A stretch of 64,000 bases of DNA from Eledone cirrhosa (taxonomy: Eukaryota). The position numbers and the translations under genes were made by a program. The notes under the pieces are model-generated. The model was given only the letters and a program-made list of their open reading frames with translations, had not been told where the DNA came from and searched no databases. Shown one piece after another: positions 1 to 11,895 of this stretch (positions within the stretch are counted from its first letter, which is position 1; each line of letters starts with the position of its first letter). The DNA is taken from assembly GCA_964016885.1 (NCBI GenBank), contig OZ024744.1, positions 92,690,001 through 92,754,000 of the forward strand. The letters run 5' to 3'.

Positions 1-23
1 AGAGATTATATGGTGGACCAGGT

Positions 24-60
<37 letters not shown>

Positions 61-61
<1 letters not shown>

Positions 62-250
62 TGCCCATATACTAAGGAAGATTCTGTCAATATAAGTACA
101 TCACAAGTCAAAACACCTAAAGATGCATGTGTGAGTATGTATGTTCTTTCTTGAACATGGTGGACCTTGTTGTCTCTTGAGGTCACTGGTTGTGACTTGG
201 TGATAACTCGTATGAACATAAAGCAAGATAAATGCAACTGTAATAATAAT
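61..250 (+). mobile_element. 3' end of an R4/Dong-like non-LTR retrotransposon, between (AAT)n tracts
   Basis: Reads AHILRKILSI* (a C-terminus typical of R4/Dong elements), then a short 3' UTR ending in (TAA)n. Confidence 0.5.
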
Positions 251-489
251 AATAATAAATAAATAAATTAAGTTTTGTTTTAAAAAAAATTATGAAAATA
301 AATAGAATTAAATAAATAAATATATAAAAAAAATAAAAATTAAAAAATCTTTTTTAATTAAAAAATTAAAGAGAAAAAATGGGAATATATTAATAATTTA
401 TTAAATGAAAAAGAGATATTTCACAGAGACAAAAGTAATATGTCCTCACATCTAGTATTTTATTATTTTACGGTAGATATTTTATGGTG

Positions 490-657
490 AAGGCGCACGG
501 CTTAGTGGTTAGAGCATTGGCCTTGCAATCGAAAGGTTGTGAGTTCAATTCTCGGACCGGGTGATGTGTTGTTTCCTTGAGCAAGACACTTTATTTCACG
601 TTGCTCCAGTTTACTCAGCTGTAGAAATGAGATGATAGGACTGGGGTCCCTATCATT
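490..657 (+). mobile_element. tRNA-derived SINE family 1, 5' part
   Basis: A-box-like GGCTTAGTGG, B-box-like GAGTTCAATTC, then CCTTGAGCAAGACACTTTA. Homologous to 4737-5074, 10453-10657 and 60905-61233. Confidence 0.85.
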
Positions 658-699
658 AAATCACCCAAGACACCTCCAACGAGATATATCTCGGAGGAG

Positions 700-2030
700 G
701 CCAGCTAAACCTGCATAGGTGTGAGCTGTCTCATACAAACCTCACACACATTTTGAATTGGACCAAAGAAAAAATAGAGACGTTGGACAGCCTAACACGT
801 AAGAAAATGGTTGATAATGGAGCATTGTACCCAAAGGCAAATGTCATCAAGCCATGTACACCAACCAAGGAACAGGGAGGTCAAGGACTTGTAAGTGTGA
901 TAGATTGTGTTGCTAATGAATGCAGGTCCTTGGACTCGGCCAGTAGTAAAGAAGTACTTTAAAGTTCTTCTTTACTTCTGGCTGAGTCCAAGAGCAGAGG
1001 CCTATGCATTGAAACCATTGAAAGTAAAGAAAATTACAAACAGAGGCTGCTAACTGGGAAACTGAACATAAGAAAGAGTATGGAATTATATTGTCAATTT
1101 AAGAGAGAAGGAAAAGAAGTAAAAATAGGATCTTCATGGAATTGGTCAACAAAAGGTGAGAGAGAAAATTTAATAGTAGCTACTCAAGATCAAGCACTAA
1201 ACACAAAGGCAATCTATATATATATAAAAAAGAGATGTTTATTGATTGGTTTAATCACAAGAAAACCACGCATACAAATACATACACACACATCTAAAGA
1301 GAGAGAGACACAGAGGGAGAGACAGAAAGAGAGAGATAGGCTGTTATACAGAGATAGATACAATTAAAGTGTTAGATATTCAGCGAGAGAGAGAGATAGA
1401 GTGACATCCCACAAAAGTATCAGTTGAAGGTTTAACAATATTGTGTTAGCTTTTATAAAGTAGTTTTACAATCTTTGATTTTACAGAACAAAGAAAAATT
1501 GATACTATTTGAAATGAATCTACCCTCCAGCTTTTATCCATATACTACTTACAGTCCGTTCTAACGAAGCAACACTTTGGAAGCAATGTTATGCGGTATA
1601 TTGCTGTGTATCAGATGACGTCATTTGGAGCTGAAAAAGATCATATTGACTATGGTTATTTCACAACATTTAAAATCCAAGGCCAATGCTACCATTTAAT
1701 CAGCAGTTTACTCCCCCAGCCTAATAAGGAAGTTTTAAGATAGTTTTGTTTATGTCTCTTTCTCACACACTCACACACACATTACTGTCTCACCTCATAC
1801 TAGACAACACATCCAATACGTCTTCTCTTAACTATTCCCCTGGTCAAAGCCGGGTACTTCAGCTATTAAGGAATATGTATAACCCTGATGAAACAAATAA
1901 GTGTAGGTTATGTGGGTAGAAGGTAAAAAGTGTGACACATATCATGTGTAACTATGGTATGCTTGCGCTGAGGGAATACAAAATATTTCATTATAAAGGA
2001 TACTTACACCTTCATTGGTTTTTATGCTAA
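700..2030 (+). mobile_element. Degenerate R4/Dong-like LINE fragment (post-RT region and CCHC finger), interrupted by a Helitron-like insertion
   Basis: NWTKEKIETLDSLTRKKMVDNGALYPKA...GGQGLVSV; LIVATQDQALNTKA; after the insertion it continues IRNMYNPDETNKCRLCG*KVKSVTHIMC...EYKIFH...LHW. Confidence 0.75.
1213..1866 (+). mobile_element. Non-autonomous Helitron-like element
   Basis: Starts A|TCTATATATATAAAA and ends with a short GC hairpin (CCCTGGTCAAAGCCGGG) followed by CTAT|T. No TSD. Removing it rejoins the LINE reading frame. Confidence 0.7.
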
Positions 2031-3323
2031 AGGCCAACAATTTTGTCAGTACTTTATTTGATTTACCTCTTAAGGATGAAAGACAAAGCTAACCTCAGTG
2101 GGATTTGAACTCAGAACATAAAGGGCCGTAACTAAATGCCACAAACCATGATGTCCGCCAGTCTAACGAATCTGCCAATCCACTACCCAGTGATGATGAT
2201 AACAATAATACTTTATTAACCACAAGGGTTTACATTAATGAATACATTAAGGACAGTACAGGATGGAGCCAATATGGGTTTCTTCATGTATGAAAGGAAA
2301 CATAATAACTGTTTCTACTTTTGGCACAAGGCCAGCAATTATCCCAGTACATTACTGGTACTTTATTATATCGACCCCGTAAAGTTGAAAGGCAAAGTTA
2401 ACCTCGGCCAGGATTTGAACTCAGATCATAAAGGGCCGTAACTCTATGCTGCAAAGCATGGCGTCTGACCCTCTACCGATGCTGCCAATCCACCGCATAG
2501 TAACAATAACAAAAGATGTAACAAAAAAAATAGAAACAAAAACAAATTCCCCACTAGGGGGAGACCACCGAGAGTTACTCATGGAGAAAGCCCACAAAAG
2601 CCACGGTCACCCTGACCACTAGGGAAAGCATTCTTTCCCAGTTGTCCCCCTTCAATACTACAGGCACACACTCAGGGCAGGCCCATTTACACAGGTCATT
2701 CTTGCTACAAACCTTTTCAACAAACTGGCTCTAAAGCAAATAATAATTGTTTCTACTTTTGGCACAAGGCCAGCAATTACCCAGTACATTACTGATACTT
2801 TAGTTTAACGACTTCGTAAGGATGAAAGGCAAAGTTAACCTCGAGGGGATTTGAACTCCGACCGTAAAGGGACATAACTATGCTGGAAAGCATGGTGTCT
2901 GACCCTCTACTGATACTGCCAATTCACCTACGCCAATAATAATAATAATAATTGTTTCTACTTTTTGGCACAAGGCATTACTGGTACTTTATTTTATCGA
3001 CCCCGTAAGGATGAAAGGCAAAGTTAACCTCAGCGGGATTCGAACTCAGAATGGCAAGGGCCGTAACTCTATGCATCAAAGCATAGCGTCCAACCCTCTA
3101 CCGATACTGCCAATCCACCGCCCAATAATAATAATAATAATTGTTTCTACTTTAGGCACAAGGCCAGCAATTACCCAGTGCATTACTGGTACTTTATTTT
3201 ATCGACCCCGTAAGGATGAAAGGCAAAGTCAACCTCGGCGGGATTTGAACTCAGATCGTAAAGGGACGTAACTATGCTGGAAAGCATGGCGTCCGACCCT
3301 CTACCGATACTGCCAATCCACTA
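2031..3323 (-). mobile_element. Cluster of five tRNA-derived SINE family 2 copies (about 2031-2188, 2311-2496, 2749-2932, 2953-3123, 3143-3323)
   Basis: Repeated ~180 bp unit; the minus strand reads TGGCAGTATCGGTAGAG...GAGTTCRAATCC...TTTGCCTTTCATCCTTACGGGGTCGATAAAATAAAGTACCAG...CCTTGTGCC. Copies are separated by (AAT)n. Confidence 0.9.
2205..2740 (-). mobile_element. 5'-truncated Tx1-like LINE 3' end, interrupted by a family 2 SINE
   Basis: Minus strand encodes ARMTCVNGPALSVCL*, similar to AKMARVIGPSLFINL* at 31752-31801. It ends TGTAAACCCTTGTGGTTAATAAAG, similar to TGTACGCCCTTGTGGCAAATAAAC at about 32012-32035. Confidence 0.7.
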
Positions 3324-4736
3324 ATAATAATAATAATAATGACACTTTGTATGATTTGGGAAAGAAGCAGAATTCAAAGGAAGTTTGTTTCAAATAATAA
3401 TAATAATAATAATAATAACAACAATAACAACAACAACAACAACAATATTAACAATAATAAACAGCTGTAAACATTATTTCATTGTCTGCTGCATCAAATA
3501 TATAATACATACAACCAACACCTCGTTATAGTACATTACTTACAACTAGTAATTTAGTTTGATATGTCAAATATATTATTTACAACCAGAATCTCATTCA
3601 ACATCATTACAAGAGAAATATTTCTGAAACAGACTGTCTTATGTTCCATAGTTTAATCTAATCTATCTCAGCATATTATTTTTCTCTGACACATTCAATC
3701 CTGCGAGAGAAACTCTGTGATGTTTAGAATAGATACACTGTATCACTGTATGTTGTAGGAGGTGACTAAAAGTGTAGTTGTCACAGGAAGGGCAATTCCG
3801 CTGTAAAACATTGTCTCGAAAAACATCCTGTCTAACCCATGCCAGCATTGTAAAGCAGATGTGAGAACAATGGTGATTTATAGTTGTATCTAACATATAT
3901 AAATATAAATATTCTTACTACTATATATATATATATAGTAATAATAATAAATGTGAAGACTAAAATCCAAAGTGGGCTCGAAAAGAATAAATATATACCA
4001 AATATATAAGAACCCTAGAACAAATATTTATATATGTGCTTAAATGCAAAATAGTTTATGATGAAACCATGCCAACCTAAGTTAGGAGTATGTAACAGCA
4101 CAGCAACCAACATGCTGGCATTGCGAAAATGCGCATAACAGAATAAATTTAATTATGTAATATACATACATACATACATACATACATAAAATTATATATA
4201 CTAAATTAAAAATAAAAAGTTTAATGACACATATATATATATATAAAATAAACACATCAAACAATTACAGGGATAATTTGTAAAGAGTGTAAACACACAT
4301 AGCTACGGAGGAAACAAATAAAAAATTAACAAGAACCTTCAATATGATTAATCTGTTTTGTATATATTCCATTAAAGAAATATATTTCACCCTTAATCGG
4401 TTAATCACAGATGTCAAATCTGGGATCAGCGGCAAAGGAGGAGATTTAACTATCTATGATTTCATATAAAATGCAAATTAGGAAAAATAATGATGAAAAA
4501 ATACATTGCCCCGCTGCCAAGCCAGTGGCGTGAATAGGGTTATCGACAGTTAGAAATAACAGCCGAGTCCTTTCAACATAAAAAGCTCTACTAACAGACT
4601 TAGGAGCCCTAAATATTATCAAAATTAGATTCACTACTTGGAATCTTTAAGCTTATTTCCCAGGTCGTATGGCGCATGCTTCTGATATTCTCAGACATTG
4701 ACATCTTTAATCTAATTTTGATAATATATATATATA

Positions 4737-5074
4737 TCATCATCATCATCATTTTAAGTCTACTTTTCCCTGCTTGCAAGGGTGGGTTGGGAACTGATTC
4801 TGGCTTGATTTCTACAGCTGGATGCCCTTCCTAACACCAACCTCATTTACAGTGAGTGCTGGGTGCTTTTTTTCCATGGCACCTCCATGTCCACTTTGCA
4901 GTGGAATGATAGGGACCCCAATCCCTGTCATCTCATTTCTACAGCTGAGTAAACTGGAGCAACGTGAAATAAAGTGTCTTGCTCAAGGAAACAACACATC
5001 AGCTGGTCTGAGAATTGAACTCACAACTTTTCAATTGCAAGGCCAATGCTCTAACCACTAAGCCATGTGCCTCC
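4737..5074 (-). mobile_element. tRNA-derived SINE family 1, full length, with RTE-like 3' tail
   Basis: Head GGAGGCACATGGCTTAGTGG; tail CCCACCCTTGCAAGCAGGGAAAAGTAGACTTAAAATGATGATG; flanked by (TA)n. Confidence 0.9.
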
Positions 5075-5106
<32 letters not shown>

Positions 5107-5266
5107 ATAAGTATGCATACGTACACACATATTTATACACATATGTATATATATATACACACACATATTTATACATATACATATGTACATATAGGCTATA
5201 TTGAGTATTGATAATAATATTCGATTCGATTGTAAACAAACGGCCTGATTAAAGCTGTGCTGTGCA

Positions 5267-5325
<59 letters not shown>

Positions 5326-5379
5326 ATATCAAAGTTGTGCCATATATATATAGGAAAAAGAACAACAGGAAAAAGAACG

Positions 5380-8373
5380 AGATGTCGCATCTCAGAGTTG
5401 CCACACTTAATGTTGGCACTCTCACAGGTAGATCTGGTGAGATAGTGGAGATGCTGGAGAGAAGGCATGTGGATGTGTGCTGTATGCAAGAGGTGAGATC
5501 GAGAGGTGCCTCTGCAAGACATATCGCAGGCAAACATCTTAGTTATAAGCTTTCTGGGTGGGTAATGATGATGGGTTAGGTGGAGTGGGAATATTACTGG
5601 CTGAGAGATGGATCAATAAGACAATAGAGGTAGTTAGAGTTAGTAATAGAATAATTAAGCTTAGATTAGTTGTTGGCAAGAGACTACTGACAATCATCTC
5701 TGCCTATGCTCCCCAGGCAGGCCTAGGTAAAGAAGAGAAAGACTGCTTTTACGAGCAACTTTTACAAACAACCTCAATGACAGAGACATCATTATGCTAG
5801 CAGGGGACTTCAATAGTCATGTTGGACAGCTCCAGGATGGATACACTGGAGTACATGGTGGGCATGGTTACAGTTCAAGAAATGAAGAAGTCTTCTTGAA
5901 TTTTGTGATGCAAGTGCACTAACCATTTGCAACACTAACTTCCAGAAGCCTACCAACCACCTACAAATCAGGCGAGCATATAAGCCAGATTGACTTCCTG
6001 CTAGTTAGACAGCGAGATAGACAGATGGTGTCAAATAGTAAGGCATACCTCAGGGAAGAATGTACACCACAGCATAGGTTAGTCATTAGTGACATCTCAG
6101 TAAGCAAGAGAAAGAATGAGACATACAGGAAGGTGTGGAAAAGAAAGGTCTGGAAGCTAAAAGACCTTTCATTAAAATATAAATTTAGGAAAGATGTGTA
6201 TGATGAAAAAGAAGACGATTTAGAATCGTATGACATAGATGAAATTTCTTACGTGACAACTTACTGCAGACTACTGATGAAACTTGTGGCTGGGCAGAGT
6301 TTCAACCAGACAGAGAGTGACCTGGTGGTGGAACAGCACTGTAGAGAGGGCCATTAGAGACAAAAGACTGGCATGGAAGGCTTGGAAAAATGGTGGGAGT
6401 AGAGAAGGATACACAGCCGCTAAGAGAGAAGCTACATGTCAGGTGTACTTAGCACGCAGGGAGGCTGAGAGTAGGAGGTTTGCCAATATTCTGTGACAGG
6501 ATGATCAGAGATGTGCGGTGTTCTGCATTGAAAGGCAGTGTGTCAGTGCAAATCAGGATGTTGTTGGAGAAAAGTGTATCCGGAATAATGCCGGTGTACT
6601 TAGTGTCACGAATGATAAAAAAAAAAGGAGGCCTGGAAATGTCATTATGAGAGACTAATGAATGTGGAGAACGAATGGGAGAGAGAGAAATTACCCCCAG
6701 TAGACCCGACAGAGGGACCAGCTATTGAGATTGATGAATATAGAGTACAAGAGGCAATTAAGGAAATGAAGAATGGTAAGGCTGCTGGACTGTCGGGGAT
6801 AGTTGCTGAGATGCTGAAGGCATCAGGAGAAGTAGGCACTAAACTGGTTGCACGCATCATCAATCAGGCTATATATGGTGGTGTCATACCCAAAGACTGG
6901 TGCAGCAGTATTCTCATAAATTGCTACAAAGGTAAAGAGCATGCTCTGGAGAGGAGCAATTATAGGGGTATAAAACTGATGGATCAGGTTATGAAAGTGG
7001 CAGAGAGAATATTAGTGCAACTGATTAGAGAAAGTATCAAATTAGATGAGATGCAGTTTGGTTTTGTGCCTCAGAAAAGTACAACAGATGCCCTCTTCTT
7101 AGTGAGGCAACTACAAGAGAGTTCTTAGAGAAGAATAAGCCACTATACTTAGCTTTTGTTGACCTACAGAAGACCTTTGATAGGGTACCCCGATCATCAT
7201 CTGGTGTACCCCGATCTGTCATCTTTCTAAGGAAACTATGTGTAGAGGAATGGTTTGTGAGGACAGTGCAAGCTATGTACAGGGGTGCTGTCAGTAAAGT
7301 GAGAGTAGGAATGGATTTAATGAGGAATTCCAGATACAAGTAGGAGTACATCAGGGTTCAGTCCTCAACAACTCTTGTTCATTTAAGACTGGATGCCCAT
7401 AGGAACTTTTCTATACTGATGATCTGGTTCTTATAGAAGCAGCATTAGTAGAGGAGCTAGAGAATAAATTCTGGCTATGAAAACAGCAGTTGGAAGCAAG
7501 AGGACTGAGAGTGAACCTAGCTAAGACGAAAGTGTTGATGAGTAGAAAAGAGGACAAAACTCTGATTCCGTCAGGGCCATGTTCGATATGCAGAAAAGGA
7601 ACTGGCATAAATTCTATAAAATGCACACAATGCAGATCTTGGGTACACAAGAGATGTAGTGGGATAGCAGGCAAACTAACAGGTAGGGAAAACTATGTAT
7701 GCAGTAGATGTACAGGGAAAGTTGGCAGTAGTAATCGCAGAGATTGACACATTTTTCCAATGCAAGTAGGTTCTATAGAAGTGGTTGATAGCTTTCAGTA
7801 CCTAGGTGATCAGATTAGTATGGGAGGGGGGTGTTCCGAGGCCATAGTATCTAGAATAAGGATGGGTTGGAAGAAGTTTAGGGAGCTGCTTCCTCTGTTG
7901 ACAAAGAAGAGATTCTCCCTGCGTACGAAAGGACGGTTATATGATACCTGTGTGAGATGCACGATGCTGCATGATAGTGAGACATGGGCAGCAACTGCAG
8001 AGGATATGCGACGGCTGGAGAGAAATGAAGCAAGTATGCTCCGTTGGATGTGTGAGTGAACGACCAAGCATGGACGAGTTGAGAAAGAAACTGGTTATGA
8101 GAGGGATAAGTTGTGGTGTGTAGGAGAGAAGACTGAGATGGTATGGACATGTGATGTGCATGGAGGATGACCGCTGGGTAAAGAAGTGCCAAGCAATCCC
8201 AGTAGAAGGAAGACGCAGTAGAGGTAGACCACAAAATCCATGGGCGGAGGTGGTGAGAGCAGACCTCAGATCGCTGAAACTCACGGAGGAGATGACGAAG
8301 GACCGTGACAAGTGGAGAGATGCTGAATAGGACCCATCCCACTCTTGCAAGCAGATGTAAAATGATGATGATG

Positions 8374-8380
<7 letters not shown>
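5380..8380 (+). mobile_element. Near-full-length degenerate RTE-clade LINE (APE endonuclease + RT), with many stops and frameshifts
   Basis: RVATLNVGTLTGRSGEIVEML..DVCCMQEVR; SAYAPQAG; GDFN; KNGKAAG; NYRGIKLM; MQFGFVP..STTDA; Cys-rich CSICRKG..CTQCRSWVHKRC; FQYLGDQI; tail (ATG)n. Confidence 0.95.
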
Positions 8381-8424
<44 letters not shown>

Positions 8425-8476
8425 GAGAGAGAGAGAGAGAGAGTGAGAGAGAGAGAGAGAGAGGGAGAATCCATCA

Positions 8477-8514
<38 letters not shown>

Positions 8515-8638
8515 CAATGAGTTATTAATTTGTAGATTATTCAACAAATTTAGTTTATAACAGATTAGAAGCACTCAACAGTTTCTTCTGGAGTATAATA
8601 TCAATAATAAATGGAAACTATATTTATAAAACCATATT

Positions 8639-8699
8639 TATTTTATTATATATATTTCAAGGGTACCAAAATTTTGGTACTCCCTCATCAGACAAAATA
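8639..8699 (-). ncRNA. Type I hammerhead ribozyme motif, core intact
   Basis: Minus strand: TATTTTGT-CTGATGA-GGGAGTACCAAAATTTTGGTACCCTT-GAA-ATATATAT-A-ATAAAATA. This gives an 8-bp stem I, a hairpin stem II, a palindromic stem III and an AUA cleavage triplet. Confidence 0.65.
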
Positions 8700-9089
8700 C
8701 AAAAGTTGTTTTACAAATAGTGACATATTCAAACTAGATTTTAATGTTTTGAGTTCTATTTGAATATATATATATATATGATGAACTCTCCAGTTGTATA
8801 TTGATATATGAGGTTTAAAAAGTGTCGGTTAAATATTTTTTCTGGTTATGTTTTAAATGACACTTTAGTCCAGCTGCTAATTTACACATCAAGCCAGATT
8901 TAATGCAGATGACAAGATTGTTGAGTGGAGCAGGATGACAAAGTTTAAACAGATCTTGGTGTTAGATTTTACATCACAAAGACAGATTAGATGAGATTTT
9001 TCAAAGTTCTTTATACCTTCATGGCAGACAGGCCTTCAAAAGAAGTAAGAGGTATTTTCACAGATTTATATATATATATATATATATAT

Positions 9090-9315
9090 ATGATGTTCAT
9101 GAACAATGATTACTGGGTGAAGAAATGCCAGGAAATCCCAGTGGTAGGAAGCCATAGTAGAGGTAGACAAAGCAAAACCAGGGCAGATGTTGTGAGAGCT
9201 GACCTCAAATTGCTGAGACTCACAGAGGAGATGACAAAGGATCACAACATGTGGAGAGAAGCCGTGCTGAAAAGGAGCATGGAAAAACGGATGTAAAAAC
9301 AAGGTTGATGATGCT
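9090..9315 (+). mobile_element. RTE LINE 3' fragment
   Basis: WVKKCQEIPVVGSHSRGR..ADVVRADLKLLRLTEEMTKDH matches 8155-8330. Confidence 0.85.
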
Positions 9316-9338
9316 ATATATATATATATATATATATA

Positions 9339-9711
9339 TAATCTGAGTTTTTCAAATATTAATAATAACATTCGATTTGTTTGCAATTTTGCAAACAAGC
9401 CTCAATTTTATAGCCATGTCAGTAGAATGAACATTTCATTCTTGCTCTTGTGTAGGCATGTGAACAGAACTGCAGACACTAATGATTCTGGGTATCACTC
9501 TTCATCAGTACAGCTCACTGTTCACCTGCCAAACTCTCAGAGCTAGTGAAAATATTTGCTATTTTCAAAAATACACAGTGACTGATCGCATGCCAACACA
9601 AGAGCAAGAATGAAGTGTTCATTCTACTGACATGGCTATAAAATTGAGGCTTGTTTGCATAATTGCAAACGAATCGAATGTTATTATTAATATTCGAAAA
9701 ACTCAGATTAC
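9339..9711. mobile_element. MITE-like element with ~120 bp terminal inverted repeats
   Basis: 9339-9460 is the near-perfect reverse complement of about 9588-9710; both ends begin with TA, compatible with a Tc1/mariner-type target. Confidence 0.75.
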
Positions 9712-9757
9712 ATTTAATGTATTCAGCCATGTAGAGCAAAATTTTCTTTTTTATATG

Positions 9758-9789
<32 letters not shown>

Positions 9790-9865
9790 CATAATCGGAG
9801 AAAGCTAATAGCGATACTCCGGCCAAATATATATATATTTATATATATATATATATATGTATATC

Positions 9866-9896
<31 letters not shown>

Positions 9897-9934
9897 GTAT
9901 ATATATATATATATTTATTAAAATAACAGATTAA

Positions 9935-9985
9935 AGTTTAAGCAAAGAATCGCTGCTTTCACCCTTAACGGGATCTTCTGAAACT
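9935..9985 (-). ncRNA. Hammerhead ribozyme motif with one core substitution; inverted partial copy at 10971-11037
   Basis: AGTTT-CAGAAGA-TCCCGTTAAGGGT-GAA-AGCA(gcgattctt)TGCT-T-AAACT. The plus-strand copy reads TGAAGA, implying a consensus CTGAAGA. Confidence 0.55.
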
Positions 9986-10249
9986 AAAAAAATCAATCTG
10001 TGAACGCAGGAGTAAATATTTCGAAAAACGTTGCAACTGAAGGAAGACAGCAAGACGATACTTTGGTTCGTGGAAACGTTCCCTGGCAAAGAACGGAAAA
10101 AAACTAATATAATACGTCATTATTTGGAGCGTTGCAAACGATTACACGCAAAGACAAAACTACGTTTATGGTATAAATGAAGTTGTAGACTAATATTCTA
10201 TTAGGTGCTTTGTGGAGACGTTCCCTGGCAATGATATATATATATATAT

Positions 10250-10435
10250 GGGAGGCCTTAAAAGACATATGAGAACACACAGTTAGAACCAAACAATGGA
10301 AAGTCCCAGAAGAGCCTACAGTTGCCCAGAAGGTGCAAGTCTTTGGTTGATTTAAAGAGTCACATTCATGCCTCACATATTTTATCATTTTATCGGGTGA
10401 TGGCAATGCTCGAACATGAGTTTGCAGTCATCATA
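10250..10435 (+). mobile_element. LINE 3' end with C2H2-like motifs (short copy)
   Basis: GGLKRHMRTHS and CKSLVDLKSHIHA; homologous to 12820-13170 on the minus strand. Confidence 0.6.
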
Positions 10436-10452
10436 TATATATATATATATAT

Positions 10453-10655
10453 GGAGGCTCATGGCTTAGTGGTTAGATCATTGGCCGTGCAATCGAAAGG
10501 TTGTGAGTTCAATTCTCAGACTGGGTGATGTGTTGATTCCTTGAGCAAGACACTTTATTTCACATTTCTAGTTTACTCAGCTGTAGAAATCAAGCCACCA
10601 TCAGTTCCCGTCCCACCCTTGCAAGGAAAAGGTGGACGTAAAATGATGATCATGA

Positions 10656-10657
<2 letters not shown>
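10453..10657 (+). mobile_element. SINE family 1, internally deleted
   Basis: Head and RTE-like tail are present; the segment between two CTGTAGAAAT motifs is missing relative to 4737-5074. Confidence 0.85.
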
Positions 10658-10738
<81 letters not shown>

Positions 10739-10772
10739 TATATATATATATATATATAAATATAGTCATAAT

Positions 10773-10956
10773 TGTTTCTACTTTTGGCACAAGGCTAGCA
10801 ATTGCCCAGTGTATTACTGGTACTTTATTTTATCGACCCCGTAAGGATGAAAGGCAAAGTTAACCTCGGCGGGATTTGAACTCAGAATGGCAAGGGCCGT
10901 AACTCTATGCGTCAAAGCATGACATCTGACCCTCTACTGATACTGCCAATTCACCG
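10773..10956 (-). mobile_element. SINE family 2
   Basis: Near-identical to the copies at 2953-3323. Confidence 0.9.
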
Positions 10957-11084
10957 AATAATAATAAATTTGAAGATCCCGTTAAAGGTGAAAGCAGCGA
11001 TTCTTTGCGTAAACTTTAATCAGTTATTATAATAAATATATATATATATATTTATATATATATAAATATATACATATATTTATA

Positions 11085-11895
11085 TATAAAGAATTAATAT
11101 CTAGTAACATATATATACATACAGATGCATATCAATGCTAGCAAATATATAGGTTTTGTCTTAGTAACTTTGTGGTTCAATGCATGGGGTTGCAGAACAA
11201 TAATATGAGAGACGTAAAATAAGAAAATTATAAAATTAACTTACTTACTAAAATATCACTTCCAACTAATTAGTTTCTGGAATGGAATAAATATATTTTC
11301 CGAAGAAAACATAGAGAATCATTCCGTCGTAAGTAAGTTAATTTTATAATTTTCTTATTTTACGTCTCTCATATTATTGTTCTGCAACCCCATGCATTGA
11401 ACCACAAAGTTACTAAGACAAAACCTATATATTTGCTAGCATTGATATGCATCTGTATGTATATATATGTTACTAGATATTAATTCTTTATAATTATTTC
11501 CAAATTATTTGTCGAGCAATATTGGCCACGACTGCTGCTATGGTAGCAGGCAGGCCGCTGTCTTATTAGCAAACCACTTTCCACTGATTGACCTCGATGT
11601 CACGTGATTGATTCTTTTTGAATTTGCCACCGACGCAGAGGCAGTGATTTTCTCAATGGCTAGGAATTCAGTCCACGCTTTGCTATTTTCTATCCACTGA
11701 ATTATTTTTTAATAAGTTTCCAGAGTCCACGCTTTGCCTGGATACTTAGATGAGAATAGTCTTCCCTGACGACGGAATGATTCTCAATGTTTTCTTCGGA
11801 AAATATATTTATTCCATTCCAGAAACTAATTAGTTGGAAGTGATATTTTAGTAAGTAAGTTAATTTTATAATTTTCTTATTTTACGTCTCTCATA

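Noticed and set aside
490-562. tRNA-Cys-like gene (GCA in the loop position)
   Set aside because: The anticodon and acceptor stems pair poorly, and the sequence continues into a SINE body seen in four copies.
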